Source of the DNA: Eledone cirrhosa
Lineage: Eukaryota
Length of the DNA: 64,000 nucleotides
Direction: 5' to 3'
Assembly: GCA_964016885.1 (NCBI GenBank)
Contig: OZ024756.1
Span: 34,162,001 to 34,226,000 of the forward strand
Shown: piece after piece, positions 54,420 to 64,000 of the stretch
Numbering within the stretch: position 1 is the first letter of the stretch
How the letters are laid out: the number at the start of each line of letters is the position of its first letter
The notes under the pieces: model-generated
The model's database searches: none
Told to the model about the DNA's origin: nothing
The model's input: the letters and a program-made list of their open reading frames with translations, nothing else
Made by a program: the position numbers and the translations under genes

Positions 54420-54801
54420 GAAATAACAACACAATCGGTAGAGGATATGGAAGGGACATATTAGGTTAACGTTTGATATAGCAGGAAGAGGGTCTTAACG
54501 TTTCGGACGCTAGTCCTTCATCGGAAGAAAGAATGAGAAATAAGATAGATTGAGGGGACGGGCGGGTTGGAATTGGAAAAAATGTTTTTAAATAAAAAAA
54601 TAAAAGGTCCATTCATGTTGACATCTCTGTGGTCTACCTTTGGTGGTAGGGTCTATAACGCAGTTAGAACTCAATGTAATCCGTTCGCAAGTAATTCAGT
54701 GAGATCCAGAGATTGTTTCCAAAGAAGACGGTATGATCGAACCTTATATATTATGTCTGATAGTATACAGTTCTCTAACAGTCAATATATCAATATGATA
54801 A

Positions 54802-54805
<4 letters not shown>
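54420..54805 (-). mobile_element. PLE 3' end with degenerate minimal HHR (54492-54526)
   Basis: Minus strand ccgauga-aggacuagcgucc-gaaacguuaagacc. Confidence 0.55.
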
Positions 54806-54878
<73 letters not shown>

Positions 54879-54881
<3 letters not shown>

Positions 54882-55415
54882 AAAGTTTTATTTAAAATTG
54901 TTGGGTTACAACGAATAAATATTTTATAACTGATATAAAGCACTCAACAAGTTTTGGAGTATATATACGATATTAAACAAATGGAAACTATATTTATAAA
55001 ACCATATTTATTTCATTATACATATTTCAGGGATACCATATTAGAAATATGGCATGCCTTCTTCAGATAAAATACAATATATAAGCAGTTTTATAAATAA
55101 ATTTGACGTACAATGAATATTGTTCAACTTCCATTTAAAAAAGTTGGTTTGGTTTTTAAATGGAAGTTGAACAATATTCATGGTACGTCAAATTTATTTA
55201 TAAAACTGCTTATATATTGTATTTTATCTGAAGAAGGCATGCCATATTTCTAATATGGTATCCCTGAAATATGTATAATGAAATAAATATGGTTTTATAA
55301 ATATAGTTTCCATTTGTTTAATATCGTATATATACTCCAAAACTTGTTGAGTGCTTTATATCAGTTATAAAATATTTATTCGTTGTAACCCAACAATTTT
55401 AAATAAAACTTTTGC
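54879..55415. mobile_element. Family E near-perfect ~537-bp palindrome with HHR on both strands
   Basis: Arms at 54879-55141 and 55153-55415; ctgaaga at 55228, gaaatatgtata at 55266. Confidence 0.88.
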
Positions 55416-55531
55416 ATATATATATATATATATATATCATAAAGATTTCATCTGATGAACGATATCAGACGTTTCATTTAGAATCATCTGGGTAATGGAG
55501 TAATTACATTGTGTTGTTTATTACTTAATTA

Positions 55532-55624
<93 letters not shown>

Positions 55625-55625
<1 letters not shown>

Positions 55626-55753
55626 GTCCAGAATTAGCCGTCGAAACGGCTTGAGCTCAGCCTACTCGTTCCTATTACCCACTCTACTACCCTAAGTATT
55701 GAGTACTTTGGTGCGTTATGTTCCACCTGGTTCCTTACCACATTTCTTCCGTT
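55625..55753 (+). mobile_element. Family A PLE-like 3' end
   Basis: tccagaattagccgtcgaaacggcttgagctcagcc...cactctactaccctaagtattgagtac. Confidence 0.8.
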
Positions 55754-55756
55754 ATA

Positions 55757-55861
<105 letters not shown>

Positions 55862-56094
55862 ATGGTAGCTATGATGTTTCCATAAGCGGTATGCCGGTTG
55901 AGCACTCTATGCTCCTACGGAGCAGAGTATTATAGAATGGAAAACGAAAAATCAGTGATGCATCGGAACTCAATTTATTGTGTGTTACAATTGTTTTCCC
56001 GGCGAACAGCTCGAGGTGCGATTTGTGTGTGGATCGACCTCGGGCACGTCTATTGATTTCGGAACATGTCCTCTTTCTGTATAAATTACTTACT

Positions 56095-56378
56095 CCTATT
56101 ACCCACTCTACTACCCTAAGTATTGAGTACTTTGGTGCGTTATGGTCCACCTGGTTCCTTACCACTTTTCCCTCGCTATATATATATATATATATAGGAA
56201 AAAGTATGACCCCGACGGCAGAGCTCAAGCTATTTCTGGAGTCCAGAAATAGCCGTCGAAACGGCTTGAGCTCTGCCTTCGGGGGTCATACTTTTTCCTA
56301 TTACCCACTTTACTACCCTAAGTATTGAGTACTCTGGTGCGTTATGGTCCATCTGATTCCTTACCACATCTCCTTCGT
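56095..56378. mobile_element. Family A tail copy, followed by an inverted-plus-tail copy
   Basis: 56095-56174 tail; 56196-56378 inverted arm, direct arm and tail. Confidence 0.8.
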
Positions 56379-56443
56379 TATATATATAGGGAGAAAGAGA
56401 CGATTATGAGGAAGAAAAATATTTTTTTTTCCTTTTTTTTTGT

Positions 56444-56520
<77 letters not shown>

Positions 56521-56913
56521 CTGGGTTAGAAAATGATTAAAACGAAATGTTTTACTCTGTGTGAAGTGTTAAGGTATTAGTTGATTTATTTATTATTTAA
56601 CAATGGCATTTATTTATCTATTTATATATTTAATTATTACCTATTACCGGTTTCTGCATTTATATGCATTATCAAATGATAGTGAAATGTATTAGTGTGG
56701 TGTCGCACATGTTAAACAGAAGGTGCAGAAAGAATAATGTTATATACAAACAAGGTTTAAGAAGTAAAAAGAAAAAGAAAAAAAAAACGTGCGTAATGTG
56801 GAACGTAAAAATTCAATGTGGAAGAAAAGTTAATGTTATTTAGCACAGTCGTTGAAGTTAAGCAGTTCAAAATGTGTTAATATCGCAAGAGTGTGCCCCC
56901 TCCCCTCTCCACA

Positions 56914-56967
<54 letters not shown>

Positions 56968-57651
56968 TATAGTTTAGGCGGCGAATTGGCACATACACCC
57001 ACACATATACCCACACATACACACACACATTCACACACAGAGGCAAACACACACACACACGCGTACACACACAGACACACACACACAAATATCCAGTCGA
57101 CAACGGTATATGTTACTCGATCCCAAACCTGAGAGTCCTCCTTTGCCCACGTCACTACATGTGACCCGGCACGAGCTTCCATCCTGATCCTTATTACGTC
57201 ATTTACACCTGTATATTTACACCTGTCACACCTGCCACACACACATATGATACCTGCTGTACTGGACTTATTTACCAGATGTTCTCGTACAGATGGCAGA
57301 TGGTCTCACACATATCACACACTCATTCGAATATATATATATATATATATATGTGTGTATATAGGAAAATGTTCAGGACCCCGACGGCAGAGCTCAAGCC
57401 GTTTCGACGGTTTATATTTTGTTTTGTCTCTCCTAGGGCACAACAAAAGAGAGAGACACACACACATATATAAAAGAAAATTTCGCTCTACATGGCTGAA
57501 TACAATAAATGTAATCTGAGGTTTACGAATGTTAATAATAAACATTCGATTCGTTTGCAATTTTATAAACAAGCCTCAATTTTATATAGCCATACCATTC
57601 TTGCTCATGCGAACGACACTAATGTTTTTGGGTATTTTCGGAGAATTTTAA

Positions 57652-58107
57652 GTAACTGATGTCGCTAACACGTCAACTTATTTACCTGCACTGTTGCATC
57701 ATGGGAGATATCATGAGTGAAGTTTACCTTTTTAACGATAGCAGATTTTCAAATTTCTTCCTCGGCATCTTGTTCCTTGTTTGATATAAGTAAATAAATA
57801 AATAAAACAATTAATGTACCTCCCCAACTCCTTGTAATCTGTGACACCCACGTAGGGATTTCACGTTACTCTATCACCCCCACCCCATCACACATACCGC
57901 CGCCACGTTTATTTGATGTTCAGATTACAGGGAGATGAGGAGATAAAATTACTTGTTTAATTTATTTGCTTATATTAAACAAGAAAGAAGATGCCGGAGA
58001 AAAAATTAAAAGATCTGCCATCGTAAAAAAAATAAACTTTAGCCATGATAACTCCCATGATGCAACAGTGCGGGTAAATAAGTTGACGTGTTAGCGACAT
58101 CAGTTCC
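57652..58107. mobile_element. Fold-back MITE flanked by TTAA (Kolobok-like)
   Basis: ttaa-gtaactgatgtcgctaacacgtcaacttatttacc ... ggtaaataagttgacgtgttagcgacatcagttcc-ttaa; ~190-bp imperfect arms. Confidence 0.75.
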
Positions 58108-58182
58108 TTAAATTTACGATAAACTCATTCAGTACGAAATCGAGTAAATCTTTTTAACCTACGAACGAACATCATCCATATA

Positions 58183-58348
58183 ATTGTTTCTAGTTTTTTA
58201 CTGGTACTTTATTTTATCCACCCCGTAAGGATGAATGAAAGGCAAAGTTAACCTCGGCAGGATTTGAACTCAGATCATAAAGGGCTGTAACTCTATGCTG
58301 CAAAGCATGGCGTCCGACCCTCTACTGATACTGTCAATCCACCGCCGC
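58183..58348 (-). mobile_element. Main-family tRNA SINE
   Basis: Reverse-complement consensus match. Confidence 0.88.
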
Positions 58349-58994
58349 CATATCTAGTAATAATAGTAATAAACGAAAGATTCTTTATATCATCTCTATT
58401 TATTTTATATATATTTCGAAGATGTAAAGTTATATATATATATATATATATATTTCGTTCTTACTGCTTCCTTTCTCTATATCTTTACCCTCTCTAGCAG
58501 TCACTCTCTCTGTTAGCCTCTTCCTCACCCTTCACTCACTCATTCTCTGTTACTACCTCTCCTCCTCCTCCTTCTTCCTGTTTGACCTGTGCGTAATTCT
58601 TTTCCTTGGTCTGACAGGTCGCTTTTTTTCTCTCTCTCGTCTACGATTTCACAGAACTTACGTTCACCGAATTCATAGACTAGATCCCTTCTTCCTCCCG
58701 TTAGACCTGTACGGAATTCCTTCCTTGCTCACATTCCAACCAGGTTTGATGGTCTTTATTCTCTCTCGTTCACGATTTCACCGAATTTAAATTCATAGAA
58801 ATTTGGGACTTGACTCCTTCTTCCTCGCTTTTCGTTGCTTCACCATTTTTGTTTGTTTACACCCGTGTCCCCTTTATTTACGTGTCCCAACGACTTTTTT
58901 TAGCCGTTGCTCGCAACCAACCGGAGGTATATGGTCTTTAAAGCGATGAAATACCAATGATGGTTGGAAGATCACTGATGAAGGACTAACTTTA

Positions 58995-59077
<83 letters not shown>

Positions 59078-59493
59078 TTTACGACGAGGAGTATTCCTGT
59101 TTTTATTTCTAAGAGAAAAAATAAAGAAATACATAATAAACAACACATCTTTTTAGTCTTCAGTTTTCGAAGTAGGTTTATTAATATTAATTTTTAATGC
59201 ACTGGGTAATTGCTGGCCTTGTGCCTAAAGTAGAAACAATTAATTTTTAATAGATTTTCGTAGTCTCGGTGGCCTAGTAGGATGTATTATAGACGGTGGG
59301 GATCCTGGTCTGGGGTTCAATCCTGTTAAAACTGAAAAATTATATAATAAACAGAGGGTCTACGCTTTACTCTTTATATATATCTTTATATATATATTTT
59401 ATGTGTGTATATATGTGTATATATCTGACTGTTTTTTTTTTATATACATGTGTGCATATGTCTATATGTATGTGTATGAGCGTGTATATATGT

Positions 59494-59544
<51 letters not shown>

Positions 59545-59571
59545 GTGTGTATATATACATATATATATACA

Positions 59572-59619
<48 letters not shown>

Positions 59620-59754
59620 TGTGTATAAATATGTATATATATATATATATACATGTGTATAGGAAAATGTTCAGGACCTCGACAGCAGAGCTTAAGCCGT
59701 TTCGACGACTATTTCTGGACTCCATGTGTATATATCTATCTATACATGTGTGTG

Positions 59755-59822
<68 letters not shown>

Positions 59823-59979
59823 AAGAATATACATGCATACACACACACGTGTGTGTGTGTATATTCTTACCTTTATTTTTATCTTCAATTTTATGTATGT
59901 GTACATGTATGTATATCTCATTCTATCTGTACATGTATTTTCTTCCGTTATTTTAATTCAGCCTCACTTTATGTGTATA

Positions 59980-60215
59980 TGCAATAGCTTGGGGTTCAAC
60001 AGCCCTCAACTCTTCAACAAGCTGCCAAAAGATTTGAGAGATCTGCATGGTGTGGACGTGGATGTTTTCAAGAAACATCTCTGCTATCCAAGATCCCAGA
60101 TGAGCACGGTACGAAGGTAACCTAAGGGAAGCAGCAACGAACTCCCTCTTACACCAATGGCCAGCCAACAAAAGCTGGAGAATGTGTAGTAACGAGGGTG
60201 GTGCCTTAGCATGGC
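59980..60215 (+). mobile_element. CR1-like LINE 3' fragment
   Basis: [33 protein letters not shown]...AATNSL, a CR1-type ORF2 C-terminus. Confidence 0.7.
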
Positions 60216-60363
60216 CACGAATAAGGTTTTTCCACGTTGCGGTCCATAAGGGAAAGAACTCTTATTCAATGTCGATTTTGCAAGGGAAGTAAGTCTGAAT
60301 AATGTAGTGAACTTAAAATGCAAAAACATGCTTTAAGATGAATAACTTTGTTACCGTTATTAA

Positions 60364-60553
60364 GGGCGGTGGATTGGCAGTATTGGTAGAGGGTCGGACG
60401 CCATGCTTTCCAGCATAGTTACGTCCCTTTACGATCTGAGTTCAAATCCCGCCGAGGTTGACTTTGCCTTTCATCCTTACGGGGTCGATAAAATAAAGTA
60501 CCAGTAATGCACTGGGTAATTGCTGGCCTTGTGCCTAAAGTAGAAACAGTTAT
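60364..60553 (+). mobile_element. Main-family tRNA SINE, full length
   Basis: ggcggtggattggcagtattggtag...gagttcaaatcccgccgagg...agaaacagttatt. Confidence 0.92.
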
Positions 60554-60682
60554 TAGAGGTTGTTAAATTTCATTCCAATGCTTTTTTATAATGGGTTCGT
60601 TGGTCCTTCACTTCTGTCCATTTTAAACAGTTATCACTTCTTTATACAACTGACATCATTTCTACGCCTCCCGTGTCCTTAA

Positions 60683-60865
60683 CAATTGTTTCTACTTTTG
60701 GCACAAGGCCAGCAATCAACCTAGTGCATTACTGGTGCTTTTATTTTATACACCCTGTAAGGATGAAAGGCAAAGCTAACCTCGGTGGGATTTGAACTCA
60801 GAACGTAACGGGCCATAACTTTATGCTGCAAAGCATGGTGTCTGACGCTCTACCGATACTTCCAA
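60683..60865 (-). mobile_element. Main-family tRNA SINE (inverted relative to 60364-60553)
   Basis: Reverse-complement consensus match. Confidence 0.9.
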
Positions 60866-62205
60866 TAATGCTGTTATCTCTAATTTCTGTTCAATTCGGA
60901 TCAACTGGAACACTCATCGTCATAAGAGACAGAGTGCCAGTACATGTATATCTTAAACATTACACAGATCCAAGAGCCATACCAAAGGCGTGACAACCTC
61001 CCTAGTATTGTAGACATGATACAATGTACCCAATATACTCTGTAATGAGGCTGGCATTAGGGAAGACATTCAGCTGCTGTAGAAACCATGCCGTACTATA
61101 AAGTGTATGACATGACAACTTCATACTGGCATGGAAAATGAACGTAAAAAGATAACAGCGATGACACTGTTCATTTTCCTGACATTTTAACATTATTCTA
61201 TGTACTATACATGCACCTTTGATGAGTTGTAGTGCACCTGAGCACTGTACACAATAATTTCATTATTATTATGACAATACTGATGAGCATGATGACGCCC
61301 ATGATGATGACAATGATGAAACGAAAAAAAATAAAAACTCAAAATTCCAAATGTATTTCTATTTTATTTCTTACACAATATTCATTTTTCATCTCATATT
61401 TTTTTCATTTCATTTCCTTTCTCAAATTGATTAAATATTTGGCATTAACAAAAAAATAAATTAAAAAAAAAAAAAAAAAAGAAACCTTACAAGGAATTTG
61501 TTCCACTGAACTAAACACTTTGAAAAGCAGTTGCTGATCTCCTTTTCAGGCAGAGTAAAATATTTATAATAGCAGTAAGGTTTACATTTTTTTTATTTCA
61601 CACGACTCTGTAGAGGGCTGGGGTGGATGCAGTGGTGGAAGTGGGGCGGAGCTATCTATCTGGAAAGAATTAACAAACAAATAGAACCATTATTTTCTTG
61701 CTAAATAGAGCAATATCTAATAACTTCTGCTCATCGTGTCCATAAGAGTGTTGGCTACAAAGCTTGGCTAGATGTGGTGCTGCCACAGCTGAACACATTG
61801 CTGTCCTTATTATGTATATATGTATATATATATATATATGTAAGTGTTTCTGAGGGGGACGGCCGATTGAATGAATTATATTGCCCATGGCAGTGGAATG
61901 CATACATGTTAAGACGAGTTATCTCATCTACAGCACTGACATTAGCTACATCTGATATTCTTCAAATATAAATGGAGTGGGTCAGGGATGATATTTCAGT
62001 TAATTAAGCCACTGTGGAGTCGTCATTAACAAGTTAATTAGGTTTATGTGAGGGTCCTTCTCCATTCTTCACAGTACTTTACAAAACTGCTACACAGCAG
62101 GATGTATCATGCTGGACATAAACAAACATCACCAATTGCTATTAAGCATTATCGATAAAAAAGGTGCATGTGGTAAATTGGCACATACACTTATGTATGT
62201 ATGTA

Positions 62206-62243
<38 letters not shown>

Positions 62244-62325
62244 CATGTATATATGTGTGTGAATGTATGTATGTGTATATATATATATACACATGTATGT
62301 GTGTGTGTGTGTGAATGCATGTATG

Positions 62326-62359
<34 letters not shown>

Positions 62360-62708
62360 CCTGCTGACTTTTTCTTACAATTTCCATTTGTCAGCCTAAG
62401 GCAATAGTGGAAGACATTTGTAACAAGGAGCTGAGCAGTGGGCTGAGACTATGACGATGATGCTATATATACCCACAAAGATGTGTGTGTGTATGTGTGT
62501 ATGTATTTATATATATATATATATATTTGTATATGTGTCTGTATATACACACACACACACATAGGGTTGCTCAATTCTTTCAGGACACATATTTTAATAG
62601 CTCTAACTTTTTTCTAACTTGTTCTAATTATTATTTCTGTTCAGATAAAGTATGACAGACATCAAGCTAACTCAGCAAATGGAAAGGCAGCTGTAATCAC
62701 CACCTTAA

Positions 62709-62929
62709 CCCTTTAGCATTTAAACCGGCCACATCCGGCCAGAATTCACTCACCTCTTTCTGTTCAAACCAGCCATAACTAGTCACTCATATTGATGTTA
62801 AGGTATTGTTCTCAAAATAAATAATATCAAAATCTCATAGATTCGATATTATGTGAGATAATTATTTGAGGTAAAGGCTTTACTGTGGAAATATAATAGT
62901 ATGTATAGAGTAATGTAAATACTAAAGGG
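62709..62929. mobile_element. piggyBac-type MITE with TTAA TSD; partial tandem copy at ~62935-63083
   Basis: ttaa-ccctttagcattt...aaatactaaaggg-ttaa. Confidence 0.85.
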
Positions 62930-63264
62930 TTAACACCTTAGCATTTAAACTGGCCATATCCGACCAGAATTCTCTCACCTCTTTCTGTTCAAGCCGGTCA
63001 TAACTAGCCACTCATACTGATGTTAAGGTATTGTTCTCAAAATAAATAATATCAAAATCTCATAGATTCGATATTATGTGAGATAGAGCCTTTACCTTGC
63101 TCGGTTCCTGGAAGTTGCATGGTCATTTGTTGTCAAAATCCATAAAGAGCTAGAAGCTATTGACCGATTCCAAGGCACCAAACATAAAACTCCTGCTAAG
63201 TGTTCTTTATAGAACTAGAACACGGACATTTGTATGAAAGGTGCAGAAAGTCAATTAGAGTTCA

Positions 63265-63770
63265 AGGTTTTATCAACCCCGTAAGGATGAAAAGCAAAGC
63301 TAACCTTGGTGGGATTTGAACTCAAACTGTAAAGGGCTGTAATGCTGCAAAGCATGGTGGCCGACACTCTACCGATTCTGCCAACCCACTGCCCTTATAA
63401 TAATCGTTTCTGTTTTAGGCACAAGGCCAATAATTTGAGGGGAGGGGTAAGTCGATTAAATAGACCACAGTGCATGACTGGTACTTCATTTTATCAACCC
63501 TGTAAGGATGAAAGGCAAAGCTAACCCCAGTGGGATTCGAACTCAGAACTTAAAAGGCTATTCTGGTAATAATAATAATAATTATAATGGTTTCTGACTT
63601 AGGAACAAGGCCAACAATTTTTGGGGAGGGAAAGTCGATTAAATCAACCCCAGTGCGAGACTGGTACTTTATTTTATTGACTCCGTAAGGATGAAAGGCA
63701 AAGTTGATCTTGGTGGGATTTGAACTCAGAACATAGAAAGTTGTAACTAAATACTGTAAATGCTCTCTTG
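63265..63770 (-). mobile_element. Three tandem main-family SINE copies
   Basis: Three occurrences of gtaaggatgaaa.gcaaag...gggatt.gaactca. Confidence 0.88.
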
Positions 63771-64000
63771 ATATTGCCATGAAATTTGGTTTGGTGAGAT
63801 TTAGCATAAGTCAATGACATCAGCCCCAGTACATGACTGGTACAAGGTGAGAAAAAAAAAAAAAAGCACAACCATTTTCGCTCCTGAGTGATGAAATAAA
63901 ACTTCCTACAATTGTTAACTGTTGTTAGGCAGGGGTGTCTGCTACATTGTCGCCATGGAAACACATAAGGTGGAACCTCATTGTTGATTTGAAGTCATTC

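Overview
This is AT-rich, microsatellite-saturated animal DNA, intronic or intergenic. The tRNA-derived SINE repertoire resembles what I know from octopod cephalopods; that assignment is an inference. I found no intact host protein-coding exon: almost every ORF in the track is a translation of (TA)n, (CA)n, (CATA)n, (ACC)n or (CAT)n repeats. Recognisable elements are about 25 copies or fragments of one tRNA-SINE, 3' fragments of CRE-, RTE-, R4/Dong-, CR1- and L1/Tx1-like LINEs, a Tc1/mariner transposase remnant, hAT, piggyBac, Tc1 and Kolobok-like MITEs, and a DINE/Helentron-like element. The most striking signal is hidden inside the (TA)n tracts. At least 8 sequence-unrelated families of short non-coding insertions share one architecture: an inverted, usually tail-less copy, then a direct copy, then a 3' tail that in most families opens with an ACTC...GAGT(G/A)C hairpin. 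Many carry type I hammerhead ribozyme (HHR) cores on one or both strands, with more than 15 HHR motifs in the window. The best interpretation is a dense community of (TA)n-targeting Penelope-like (PLE) or retrozyme-type retroelements. All calls were made by eye, without database searches or folding software.
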